Positions 25,801-36,717 of a stretch of 64,000 nt of DNA are shown one piece after another. The DNA comes from Podospora anserina (lineage: Eukaryota). How positions within the stretch are numbered: the first letter of the stretch is position 1; every line of letters begins with the position of its first letter. Made by a program: the position numbers and the translations under genes. The DNA is taken from contig CM030333.1 of assembly GCA_017654855.1 (NCBI GenBank), positions 1,488,001 through 1,552,000 on the forward strand, read 5' to 3'. The notes below the pieces were generated by a model that saw only the letters and a program-made list of their open reading frames with translations, did not search any database and had not been told where the DNA came from.

Positions 25801-26573
25801 GCAACCAAGGGGTAGTCCGTGATGCCCTCCTCGGTGTAGACGTTCTGCAGATCCGCCAGTCTGTTGGAGCAGTTTTCGGGATCTCGGATGTCGTCGGGCG
25901 TGACCTGCTGGTCACACCCGGCCGACAGCAAAATGCAGTTTACCAGCTCCGTCACGGCAGCCGCATCGTCGGCTTGGTATTTGTGGTACCACTCTGTCGC
26001 AACCTTGTCCGAGGAGTCGCCCGAAGCAAAAATGTCGGCTGTAATTCCGGTCAGTTTACATGTTTCAGCAGCGCGACAAACAGCCGCCCCCACCACAATT
26101 CTGCCGCACGCACCATATAACCCAACATCAGTCGGACGCGTGATGGCGAGCCGAACCGCCTTCTTTGGCCTGCTAGGCAGATGGCCTACTATTTGGTCAT
26201 GACCGGGCGCGTCACCATTGGTCTTTGGCTTCTTGGTCGCTGGCTTTCTCGGTTTCGCCGACGACGAAGAAGGCGTCTTCTTTTTCTTCTTTGCGCGGCG
26301 TGGTTCTTCGGCGGCTGTCTCGGAGCCATCATCATCGTCGTCGCTCGCATTGTTGTTGTCCTCTTCATCGTCGGGGGCCTCGTTCTCGGCGTCATCATTG
26401 TCCCGGTCGTCGTCGTCATCTTCATCATCGTTATCCGAGTTGCGCTTGCGCTTGCTGGCGACGGGCGCATCGGGGGTGAACTTGTTAGGCGCTTTGGAGA
26501 CGCGTCCCGAGCGGCGCGCCGAAGAGGTGGGAGCTGGAGAGCCCGTCGTCGCGTTGTTGTCTGATGTTTCCAT
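22887..26573 (-). CDS. SCC3: Cohesin subunit Scc3/Psc3/STAG; probable start ATG 26573; 75-nt in-frame intron 26039-26113
   Basis: STAG domain SSSTLRPFRHTAT, stromalin domain VFLQRYRDVDARIRCEC, YLRYLGWML, RFRPRLVEMA. Confidence 0.93.
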   Translation of the reverse strand: METSDNNATTGSPAPTSSARRSGRVSKAPNKFTPDAPVASKRKRNSDNDDEDDDDDRDNDDAENEAPDDEEDNNNASDDDDDGSETAAEEPRRAKKKKKTPSSSSAKPRKPATKKPKTNGDAPGHDQIVGHLPSRPKKAVRLAITRPTDVGLYGACGRIVVGAAVCRAAETCKLTGITADIFASGDSSDKVATEWYHKYQADDAAAVTELVNCILLSAGCDQQVTPDDIRDPENCSNRLADLQNVYTEEGITDYPLVAKSKTTRSFRDLLVGFFKSLLTVLHETDMLYKDTALMENIARWVASMSSSTLRPFRHTATTVALAMEAGLVEIAKKLDDRVSKMTQQLDAEKKRKGKNRERLAVIEKNLKEAEENQSICQAQILDFFDTVFLQRYRDVDARIRCECVEALGGWIWNLPTQFETPEYLRYLGWMLTDAMPQTRLESLKQVTRLFKRDAEKLGHFIDRFRPRLVEMAIKDADVGVRVAAIHAIHILKDTGMLEPDEIDSIGRLIFDSELRVRRAVIDFFAGCVDDSIEGKVEEMGGSDVIDEVLGEEDDDDYSSPRRDWISVKCLAELLAAYDAQLEEEASTAPPRGLDIAVGMVQAVAPETRISLASQVLYEKIDQVKNWEILSGYLLHDHTTSTKSKSRSKASRSNSNEAAFKAAVAPEGNEEAIILEILASAVKLGLSPNTEDGHRRKARTDAADTAEESAIHLATNIPRLLNKFGADEKTAVMVLRLEHSLPLDIFQQLRQDSTTFSRLLDEICTQFDRHVDRGVLAEATAALLHARKHDELQEITDSKIADLWEIVINALRHFDKNNELSVRGNMDPATITGLGNILLKMSKLASIANPTEFLEGGDQPAIELLIKIVHRGKLDVVDEALDDLEDEAVSSAVSSVQFYFLWKVRALIGSVQSRADIPRDDILTLNSLRQDYSRNLIWTLSSRGTNDELRLFSTGGLCDLHICFATLRTAVGQQGNQGAASPKSYSDLDVLLEPIRADLITELIEIFDAAERAYAKCLRRRLNEPAEDEEPVEEELSDDEGGEGEEDMTPVERRGKELRLERALCELAGKYVLCILAKMLDQGGRLRKRMLRNQSKLGGNLKEVVAYLDEGRLRERVERYTNKGRKVAKGVRKGGAAAAAAAANKGGSGSGGGHQGGKKLSEEIVVDGEDDSELSEVELELEEDPIEEEAEEGGEEDLRRRGLAEEEVIDEGGEEGEGERMEEDSVIGD

Positions 26574-26960
26574 GAGGGGCTGTCGTCCGGATAACATCAC
26601 ATTTGTCGGGTTGGTAAAGAGTATAACAGGGCTGTCCCAAACACAGAAACTGGCTGCGATTTGGGGGCAATTGACGCGTCTTCAGAAGCTGGGAAAGGTC
26701 GGTGCCGGTGCGATCACCCAGATTATTTTGGGCGGATTGAACCGCTTCCCCCCACCAACACGGCTCTGTGCACTGACCACCTCCAGCTGCAATCAGCAGC
26801 CATATGCACCTACCGGGGGCCTATTGTTGAGACATCAACCATGCATGCAGCTGGCTGCTTGTGACGCAAAGCATTCATTTCACATTCAGTTGCTGAATAT
26901 GTATTCTCTCTCGGCATTCATCATGAAAGTCTGCAAGGGTAATGAAGGTCTACAAGGGTA

Positions 26961-27968
26961 TCATCGTACACACATAAGGGCATGGTCTCCAAAGTGGTGC
27001 GAGATGCTTCCCTCTTCCTGCAGCATGGATCCAATCCACAGCCGTCCGTCTTCCACCTCAGGGGCTCCGAACTTGACCACCACACAACCCCGTACGTTGG
27101 CGGCCGACCACAACAGCTTGCTGTTATTTTCCATCACGAGTCTCTCGGCCCTCCATTTTTCTCGCGGAGTTGCCTGAGCTAACGCTGCTGCCTGCTTAGC
27201 AGCATCGCTTCGGAAATCACGAGCCCCAAGTCTCGGGAGAGCAGCGAACTCGGCCAGGAAGAAGTCTCCCAGCGACTTCATCAGCGGCCCCCTGAGCAGC
27301 AGTGTCCCCACGATACCCACGCCGTGCATCGAGTCTCGGAGCTTGGCCAGTTCCGGGTGAGACCTGTTGCTGTCCAGGATCACGGCATCTCTGACAAGCA
27401 ACCTTTCTCTCGAATCCGTCTTTCCGTCTTCCTGAGCAGCAGGGATAACCCATATCTCATTGCGCCCAACCCATCGCACAAAACTCCAGTTCTCTCCTCG
27501 CGCAGTGCGACCCCGCGTGACCCAGTCGAGAAGACATATCGAGGCGTCCTCCTCAAGCCGAAATATCTGTGTTTGCTCATACACACTCCCTGCGAATGGC
27601 TGCACCGGATCGGGCAAGAGGCAGAGTGCGCCTTCGGACGCAATGTGGACATGCATGTCCTGTCGCGTGACGATGTCGGGGGAGGTGGACGTGAACACCT
27701 TGGTGTGGCCTTGTGTGACGATGGTCAGCTTGGCCTTGGCTCGCACGTCGACCTTAAGATTGACCTTGTCGCCAGCCACCAGTCCGCCGCCGTAGGAGAG
27801 TAGGAAGACCAGCACGCTCTCATCTTCGGACGGTCGTGAAGGTGAGATGAGTTTGAGAGGGTACTGGTAGGTGAAGGTCTCGAGGCCGGAGATGCCCTCG
27901 GGTAGGAGCTTTGCGACGAGGTGGCCCTGCCCCGGAACGGACGTAGATTTGGGAAATGGTGAGTTCAT
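26961..27968 (-). CDS. ureD: Urease accessory protein UreD
   Basis: YQYPLKLISP, LSYGGGLVAGD, TQGHTKVF, LPDPVQPF, LLDWVTRGRTARGE.W. Confidence 0.93.
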   Translation of the reverse strand: MNSPFPKSTSVPGQGHLVAKLLPEGISGLETFTYQYPLKLISPSRPSEDESVLVFLLSYGGGLVAGDKVNLKVDVRAKAKLTIVTQGHTKVFTSTSPDIVTRQDMHVHIASEGALCLLPDPVQPFAGSVYEQTQIFRLEEDASICLLDWVTRGRTARGENWSFVRWVGRNEIWVIPAAQEDGKTDSRERLLVRDAVILDSNRSHPELAKLRDSMHGVGIVGTLLLRGPLMKSLGDFFLAEFAALPRLGARDFRSDAAKQAAALAQATPREKWRAERLVMENNSKLLWSAANVRGCVVVKFGAPEVEDGRLWIGSMLQEEGSISHHFGDHALMCVR

Positions 27969-28428
27969 TTTGTTGTCACCCCATTGTCATGATGATGAAT
28001 GGTCAAGATCTCTCTTTCTTCCTTGATCGGAGCTGACCGTATCGTATCTGTCTCATGTAGTGTAGGGTGGATGGGGTGCCAAGAGGAGGGTTGGCCATGA
28101 GCCACTCTCAGATGACCCTTATCTGTTTATCGCCGCCCAGGAACGGCCCCTGCCCCGCGCTCAGACAGGGGAGCCTGTATCGTCCCCCACCTTGGCGTGC
28201 TTGCGATGCAGCCGTCCCCGGTCAAAAAAGTTTGGTGGGGAAAGTCAGAATTCAGAACCTATGCCATCCATGCTTCCCTTCCCCATCTTCACACTTGCAA
28301 CCTGCGAAAAACCAACGCACCCGATTCAACTGACAGCTGCTCATTGTCTTGTCAACTCGCACCTACCACACCGAGTACCAGCAACCACTCCAGACCGTTC
28401 TTCTCAGTACGCGTGACTTCCGGCAGCC

Positions 28429-29916
28429 ATGCCCCCCAAAACCGCCCTCAGAGGGCGTGGTCGAGGCAGAGGAGGTACCGCCCGCGGCGGCTCTGCCTCT
28501 GCCCCGGTCGCCGGCGATGGTTCCGCCGAGCCGGCTACTGCTGTGGTCAAATCCGAGACAGACACACCAGCGTCAGCTTCGACGTCCACATCAGCCCCCC
28601 CCCGGGGCCGGTCAGCAACTGCGACACCCGCTGGTACCAGAGTACCTCCAAAGTTCAAACCAAAGAATGTCCGTCGTAGCTCAGCAGATCGTGAGAGACT
28701 TGCCCGCGAACTCGGCCAAATCAGCAAGGCTAAGGACGAGGCCGAGGAGAAGCGAAAGGCTCGCTTAGCCAAGGCCAACGTACGAGGCCGTGGCCGTGGT
28801 GGCGGTTTCCGTGGTGGCGCTCGAGGCACAGTTGCACTCGGTCCTCTTGCTGGTGGAGGAGCATGTGAGTTTTGCTTTTTGTTCTGGCATCTCAACTAGT
28901 CGTGCACATTTGCTGATACCTTGGTAGTCGGCGGCGGCGGCTCCTCAGGTGGTGGTCGCTTTGGTAGGGCTGATTACATCAAGACCGAGGCCGGCGGTCT
29001 CTTCGGCAGTGACGGCAGAGTCAACGCGGATCTATTGCACGACTACGTCCAAGATTACGATGACGACAACAAAGACCGGCCCCTTATGCCTATGGGTATC
29101 CGACGTGTGCAGCCAAAGTCTCAGGAGGACAGCACCGAGGACAATGCAGGCGAAGAGGAGGATTCCGATGAGGAGGGCCTCTTTGTGAATGACAAGGAGC
29201 GGGCTGCGAAGGATAGGCTTGCTGCCAAACAAGCCGCCAAGGTAAAGACTGAGGGCGGTGGCCAGGATGTTGATATGGACAGCATTCCCCCTCGCTATGG
29301 GGAAGCCGACACAGCCGGCTACGAAGATATGTTGTTGGTGGATACGAGCCAGAAGCTCCAAATCAGCAGCGGAAAAGCTGAGGAACTGCGGAGACAGCGC
29401 CGCCTCTTTTCGGAACCGTTGGACGACCGCGCGTTTATCTTTCAGTTCCCCGTCAGACCACCGCTTTACGTCGTCAAAGATGACGGCTCGCTCGCCAAGA
29501 CTGAGGGCGACGACGAGGTGGTCACGCTGGACGGTCAGCAACAGGGCAATGCTTCCGTCGATCTGACTACCGGGGTTAAGGAGGAGGAGGTAGCAGAGGA
29601 GGAGAGCAAGGAGGAAGAGGAAAAGCCAGTGGTGCCGCAGGCGGGATATCTGGGCAAGCTCATCGTGCGAAAGTCGGGAAAGGTTGAGATTGACTGGGGT
29701 GGCTATCCCATGGACTCGGGCACTGGTGTTGCGCCCAGACATTTGTCGACCGCTGTTTTGCTTGAGATGGAGGATGCCAAACCGGGCGAGCCGCCCAGAG
29801 GGTTTGCCTATTCGATGGGCCGTGTCGAAGCGGTCTTTTCTTCTGTTCTTAGGACCAGTGATATGGAGCCGTGGGTGGTGGATGGGCAGGTTCCCGGTGC
29901 TGCTGGGAGCGCTTGA
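28429..29916 (+). CDS. RPC53: RNA polymerase III subunit RPC4 (C53); intron 28865-28927
   Basis: KFKPKNVRRS, FIFQFP, GYLGKLIVRKSGKVEIDWGG. Confidence 0.85.
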
Positions 29917-30075
29917 TTAGATGGAAAGGCAGATGGGAATAAAAGTATTGATACCCTGTAGAGATTTAGTCGTCCACTGTGTTGAAATAGAGAGGACTTT
30001 TCCGTGCAAGTCGCGATTTTCTTTTGACTTTGGTATCTATGTTTTTACTTCGCTTGACAGCTCTGTTCTAGTTAC

Positions 30076-31525
30076 TCAATAAGGGCTCTCCTGGTAGGCC
30101 CTTTCCGCCTCTTCGTAAGCATCATACCCATACAAGAAGGCCTGAATCTCGGGGTCTGTCCATCTGGATGGGAAACCTGGGCGGACATCGTCGTCGTTTA
30201 GCTGGCTGGTCATGAGCTCGTCTCTGGCTTGCTGGGCCGGGCCGTCGGGGAGGTGCGAGTCGTTTCTTTGGTTGAAGGTTTCGAGCTGGATGCGCCGGCC
30301 GCGTTCCATGCGGAGGTGTTCGTAGAGCCTGCCCATCTTGGGGAGCTGGGAGGAAGATGTTGATTTTCGGACCTTGGAGAGGAGGTGCCCGAAGACGGCG
30401 CCGTCCTCGAGGGAGGAGTTGGCGCCTTGGGCTAGGTAGGGGAGCATGGGGTGGCAGCAGTCGCCCGCCAGGAAGAAGGTCCCTTGGGGGTTGGTCCAGT
30501 TGGGGAGGGGGTCGAGCCACATCAGCTTCCACTTTTGGACGGACTGGATCTGGGAGATGAGTTTCTGGAGGAGGGGGTCCCAGCCGGAGAACTTGGATCT
30601 GAATTCCCGGAGGGAGGCGTCGGATCTGGCGACGTGGGAGGGCATGTCGTCTGGGCAGAGGAAGACGAGGTTGTAGGTCTGGGAGGAGGAGACCGAGTAC
30701 CCCACGCAGTGGCTGTGGGGGCCGATCCAGAAGTGCACTGTGGGGTTTGTGATGAGTTTTCGGAGGAGGTCGGCGTCGGGACCGGTCAGGTGGGAGGCGT
30801 GGAGGGTGATGCGGTAGGCTAGATCGCCTGTCAGGATTGCTGGGGAGGGTTGGCCTAGAAAGAATGGTCGAATTGACGACCAGAGGCCGTCGGTCAGGAG
30901 GATCACATCCCCTGAGAGCGTGTTCCTGGCCGGGTTCTGGACTAGCCCGAGATGGACTGTGTTCGTCTCGAAATCAACCGACGTGACCCTGGAGTTAAGC
31001 CTGATGGTGATACCGAGCTCTGAGCACTTCTTCACCATCTCCCTCTGCAGATCAACCCGATGTAAATCCCAAAAAGGGAACCCATACCGTTCCAGCATCC
31101 GCTCTTGGAGGTTTGGTTCGTGGGCGAGGAGCTTCGTCCCGTCGTAGCGGTGGACGGAGAGGGAGGTGGGCACTGCGGCGAGGGGGGCGAGGATGGGGGT
31201 GAGGCCCCAGTGGGAGAGGAGGCGGGTGCCGTTTGGGGTTACTTGGAGGCCGGCCTAAAGGGGGGGGGGAGAGGTTAGCAGACGAGATGGAATAGGGGTG
31301 AATAGAGGGGGAGGGACGTACGCCGACTTCTTGGAGCTCTTTGACGGCTTCGAGGATGGTTACTTGGTGGTTCGGGTTGGCGAGCTTGGTGGAGAGGGCT
31401 GCTGCTAGACCTGCTAGGCCGGCGCCGATGATGACGACGTGGATGCCTTCATCTTGAGTTTTTGTTTCAGTAGTTGTGTCTGGTATAGGCACCTCCTTTG
31501 GCCCGTCACTTGATGGGAGGACCAT
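30076..31525 (-). CDS. FAD-dependent monooxygenase (salicylate hydroxylase-like); intron 31255-31321
   Basis: VVIIGAGLAGL, EVG/AGLQVTPNG, DGLWS, LAGDCCHPMLPYLAQGANSSLEDG. Confidence 0.92.
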
Positions 31526-32033
31526 TGTGAGTGTGGTGTGTGAAAGATGGGACAGGTGAGGGTGAGATAGCAGGATGATGATATGTGGCTTCACCCCCTC
31601 TCAACAGTTATCACTGAAACAAAACATCACATCTCACATTAAACGCCAACAGCGTGGCGTTTTAGTATATCACATTTGAGACACATGTCCTGGCCGTCGC
31701 CGGTCGAGTGTAACCGGAACTAAGTGGGGGCGGCAGTACACCAGCACCCGTAAGGCGGGGAATAACCTGGGGTAAATCAACGGGTAAGAAGACGCGGGGC
31801 GACGGATCCGGACCCAAGGGAACAAACAGGTCGACGTCGTCGGTTCGGCAGCTGGTCGGAAAATAGCCTCCCTCACACCAGTACGGCAGACGATATCGGC
31901 CCACGACATCTGCATGCCGAGGGTGTGGTCAATGGGGCATTCCAACTAAACATTATGCTGCTGACAGCTTCTCTCCTCCCAATATGCCGTCTCAGGGAAG
32001 AAGTTGCTTCCTGACATGTCTCTCCATATGCCC

Positions 32034-33482
32034 TCAAATCTTAACAGCCAGCTTAAACCCCGTCACAGCTATCCTCGCGGACATGATCGTGAACGAAGCC
32101 AACACCACCACCGTCCCAGCCCAAACACAAGCCCATGTATATGTCCCATTTGACCTGTCGATGATAGCACCAGCAGTTGGTGGTCCAGCCAGCGAAGAAA
32201 ACGCGCAAAGAGTGCAGACCATGCCGAACCGCGTTCCCATCTTTCTTGGATCCTTCAAGAGACTGGCAAGCGCACCACCAAACACACCCTGGGCCGCTCC
32301 CATCGCGAAACCAAGAAAGATGGCAAACACATAAAGCCCCGTAGCAGAGTCCACCGCCAGCCAAAAGAAAAACATACACCCCAGCAGAAACATCTGGAAG
32401 GCATGCATGTTGATCGGACCAATATAGTTATCAGCCAAATACCCCGTGATAGGCCTCGCGACAACACTCATCCCGTTCGTGATGAGCAACAACTGCACCG
32501 AGTCCGTCGTCGAGAACCCAACAATGTTCCTCGCAAACGCATTAATCTGTTCCCACATTAGCCATCTATCATTTCGTTCCATCCTCAGACTACTCACAAA
32601 GAAGCTCCCGAAAAACAACGCCCAAAAAAACAAAAACGCCCCCAGCGTAAACAACAAATACGGCCCCTCCCTGAAAGCATCCCACTCAAACACCGGCCCG
32701 CTCCTCCTCGGCTTCAACACCGGCCTCAGCAACACCACACTCACAACCGAAATCCCCAACGCCACAAACCCCGCGCACCTCACCGCCCAGGCAAACCCAA
32801 CCTTTGGAATCAAATACTGAATCACCGCCGGAAAAACCACACTCCCCAACCCCGTCCCGGTAGCCGAAATCGCCAGCGCCAACGCCTTTTTCCTCTTGAA
32901 GTAACTGTTCACCACCGACAGCGGCGGCATGAAAATAATCCCCAACCCCAACCCCGTGCACAACCCCTGAGCCAGGAAAATCTGCCAGTACTCTTTACAT
33001 AAACTCGTCATAAAGGTCCCAAAGACGACGAGGAACGTCCCGGCGATGATGGTCGACTTGATGTACCCCGCGTCGGCGAGGCGGCCGGAGAAGATGCAGA
33101 GGGCAAAGGCGAGGAAGACTTGGAGGGAGCCGATCCAGGAGACTTGGGCTTCGGGGAGGCGGAGGGTGTCGCGGTAGTGGAGCTGGTAGACGCCAAAGGC
33201 GGTTGGGTAGCCCCAGGCGAGCATGTTGATTAGGCAGGCGGCGAGGACTTGGGACCAGGCGGTTAGACCGCCGTCGGGGGGGATGAATTCTTCTTCTTCT
33301 TCTTCTTCTTCTTCTTCTTCGTCTGGTGTTGTTGTTGGGGAGTCGAGGTCGGAGCTGTCTGATAGGTCTGCATCTTGGGCTGTTGTGAGTTTCGTTTCTT
33401 TGGTGTTGGGATGTGATGATGATGGTGCTGCTGGTGGTGGCGGTGATGGGGCCGAGGCGACCTTTTCGATGTCGACGTTCAT
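32034..33482 (-). CDS. MFS monocarboxylate-transporter family (Mch4-like); 51-nt in-frame intron 32547-32597
   Basis: PPDGGLTAW, SWIGSLQ, GRLADAG, WQIFLAQG; about 12 hydrophobic segments. Confidence 0.92.
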   Translation of the reverse strand: MNVDIEKVASAPSPPPPAAPSSSHPNTKETKLTTAQDADLSDSSDLDSPTTTPDEEEEEEEEEEEFIPPDGGLTAWSQVLAACLINMLAWGYPTAFGVYQLHYRDTLRLPEAQVSWIGSLQVFLAFALCIFSGRLADAGYIKSTIIAGTFLVVFGTFMTSLCKEYWQIFLAQGLCTGLGLGIIFMPPLSVVNSYFKRKKALALAISATGTGLGSVVFPAVIQYLIPKVGFAWAVRCAGFVALGISVVSVVLLRPVLKPRRSGPVFEWDAFREGPYLLFTLGAFLFFWALFFGSFFVSSLRMERNDRWLMWEQINAFARNIVGFSTTDSVQLLLITNGMSVVARPITGYLADNYIGPINMHAFQMFLLGCMFFFWLAVDSATGLYVFAIFLGFAMGAAQGVFGGALASLLKDPRKMGTRFGMVCTLCAFSSLAGPPTAGAIIDRSNGTYTWACVWAGTVVVLASFTIMSARIAVTGFKLAVKI

Positions 33483-33561
33483 GATGAGTGTTATTTGCTT
33501 GGCTCACCCTGTGTAGGTTGTAAAAGTTGAATCAGCAAAAAACAATGACGACAAGAAAGGG

Positions 33562-33602
<41 letters not shown>
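33562..33602. repeat. (GTA)n microsatellite just upstream of the MFS gene
   Basis: Directly visible. Confidence 0.9.
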
Positions 33603-35617
33603 TTAGCCGTTGATATATTCCATCGGCGATAGGAAACCACCAATGACTTTTTAACTCCGCCGTCCAAAGTTTTCTAGAAAAAAAAAAGCCAGTCGTGGGT
33701 GGGAAAAGTGTGGGTTTATCGTACACATCCTTGCCGGGTAGACTACCCTGGTTTTGGTAGGTCGAACGTCGTTTATTCCCGGCCATATCGAGAACTGTCA
33801 CTATCATCAAACAAGCGGGCGAGTGTCAAGATGTCATCTTGCAGATTCTTTACGCCCTTGATTTTGACATCTTCTCCGACAGTTGTCCCCGCAAATGGCG
33901 GGAAACACCCGGTCGGGAATAACAAGCAATATCGACATGCCGCTGCTGGCTGGGTAGGTGGCTGAAATATGACATATCAAGCACACTGTGCAGGCGACAA
34001 TCAAAAGACGGCCTATCCCGGGCCGTCAAGGACGGGATGGGTGTCTGTCGGGTAGGGAGCGCCGGCTGCCGAGGCTCTCATCCGATATGCACAACTCCCG
34101 CTCCCGATAACGGCTGTGGAACTCTTGCTGTCGCCGACTGGCCGGGAGAGACGGGAGGGTGCCGAAGTGAGGCGGCCTTTTTCGGTCCTGATTTGGGAGA
34201 CGGTGATATTGTTCATGTTTGGACAAGACAAAGCAGCCATCACGACTTCTTCAGCAATGGGAACACAAGCTTGAAGTGGGATCTCCAAATCGTAATTGCC
34301 GTTAAGCATCTCAACTCCCAATCTCGTCAATTGCCCCACCAAGATAAGGTCGCCTTCCATCGGCTTTGTCGCCCCCATCGTCAATATGAACACAGAACAG
34401 ACAATCGCGATCTTCGCTGCTGTCAACCTCGTCATAACTTTCCCAGTCCTCAAGTCGCACATAAAACTGTCTCAGTGCCACGAGGCTTTCCAGTCGTGCG
34501 ACCAAAACATCATCAAGAAACCAAAACAATTCTTTCAGAACCCAACCAATCGCTTAAATTTCAGCAGCGCAGAAACGTCAAAGTGTCAGATGACTCAACC
34601 ACCGCGTCGCGCGCGCTATTAGGAGGAGAACGGGAAGGTTTTAGTCACAGGGGGGTGCATCGAGTGGCAGACCGCCATTCATGGCCCGGTGACAGCCCAA
34701 GCAAACGTGAATATCCGCATCGCATTTAGCTTCGATTCTCAGTCAACATAAGCTATTGAACTCATTTCCACATCCAAAGTCCGTTGAACACTGAATATGT
34801 ACATGTTGGCACCTTCAAGATGGTTCATCCAAAAGATAAATTCCCCAAGTGTAAAGATCTTCAACCCTTCCCCAAGCCAAGACCAAGTGGCAACAAACCC
34901 CAACAACAAACCGCCCAAAGCCGGTCCAAAAAACCCATGTCAACACCCTCTCAACCAATCAGCGCCCCCATCTCAGCCAAACTCTCGACAGAAAGGGAAG
35001 GAACCCCCAAATGTGGGGCAACTTTAGAACCACGCCATTGGATCTGATTGATCTTCCCCGCTTCCAGCACAAAGCCACTCAACCCAAACTTGCTTGCGCA
35101 CATTAACAATGTATGAGATACAAGGAATCCTTCCAGACATATTGCGCCCTACAATAACTAAAGTCATCAATCAAGAGATAAGCTGCGACGCTGATTGACA
35201 AAGACATGCGCCAGCTTACAAACCGCCTAGCGCCCGTTTGAAAAAGCCTCGCTAATCCAACCCCGATCAGGCTTAAACTCTAAATCCTATGCGCCGGACC
35301 AATCAAATCTCACCACTTACACGGGAAGTTTCCTTTTTTTTTTTTTTTTTTTTTTGCGCAACAGAGAAATCGCGAGGGTTGCCAGATGGTGATGACAACA
35401 CACTCTTTCATGATAGCTGTATGAAACAGAACAAAAAACATAGCTCGCATTTGTTGGGCGACAGTGATCCCATTACAAAAAGGTTTTAGAATTTGTAATA
35501 GGTAGAAACCACGCTCACTGCTTAACCCACACCAAATCCAATATCTTGGTAACTTTTTACTCCATACGTTCATGACCATAGCACCAAACAGACAGGTGGT
35601 ATTCGCGGCGCATAATA

Positions 35618-35682
35618 ACACACCATTAACACCATTAACACCATCAACACCATCAACACCATCAACACCATCAACACCATCA
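35618..35682. repeat. (ACACCATYA)n 9-bp tandem repeat
   Basis: Directly visible. Confidence 0.85.
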
Positions 35683-36274
35683 GAACCCCATACAACAAAA
35701 ACATCAACACAGAACGAAGCCTCAAACAGTAAGAAATTCGGAAGAAAGAAGAAAAGAGAAAAGAAAATTCTGGCTCACGCTTCCCCGGAGCTTCAGTCCA
35801 GGCCGCAATGTACAACATTCAGAAAAAGGACACCGAGAAAACATCATAAACCACACACCAACGCAACAAAAACAGAATATTTCCAGTAGGTACCTCGCTA
35901 TAAACCACCCCCCCCCCCAACAACAAAAAATCAAACGCTAAAAAGACATGAGTGATGATGTGATGTGATGTGATATGATGTGCAATAACCCTCCCTCCCT
36001 CCCCTCCATTCCTTCCAAATATACCAGAGTTGAAAAGAAAGAAAGAAAAAAAAAAGGAAAATAGAAAAAAGAAAAAAGAAAAAGCCATAATATACACTCC
36101 TCCCCCACACCCCTTCAAATCAATTAAACCTTGTAAAAGACAGAATCAATCCCCCGCCCCCCCCCCAATCCCCCTTTTAACCCCTGAGCCATCCATTCGC
36201 CCTTCCTCTTTTCCAGCTTTCGAACCATCCACCACCCATTCCTACCTATTTTATCCATTCCCACCCACTCACTC

Positions 36275-36329
36275 AACCCAAACCCAAACCCAAAACCCAA
36301 ACCCAAACCCAAACCCAAACCCAAACCCA
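36275..36329. repeat. (AAACCC)n microsatellite
   Basis: Directly visible. Confidence 0.85.
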
Positions 36330-36717
36330 CCTCCCCACCTCCCACCAACATAAAAAAGAAACGCAGCCGCTTTTAGAAAAAAAACAAATGAATCTCTTTG
36401 ATTGATAGAGCGGAAAATGTTCAAGGCCCGACAAGACAATAACAACACCCAAAGACGGTAATGAGATGAAGGTTAAGGGGTGGCCCTAGATAGTCATCCT
36501 CCCCAATAGCGGACATGCTTAATAAAAAGAAAAAAAGAGGTTGTAGCCATCAACATAGGAAAAGACACCAACCCCGTGAGTCTCCAACGAGAACTCCACA
36601 AGACCATTGACAAGGTATAGCAGACCACACCATCCCGACCCCATCTCACAACACCCCACTGACCATCATCCCATCATACAAGCCTTTCAATCCGGGGTTG
36701 ACCCATCAACAGAAAAC

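Noticed and set aside
36275-36329. Interstitial telomeric repeat
   Set aside because: The unit is AAACCC, not TAACCC; an ordinary microsatellite.
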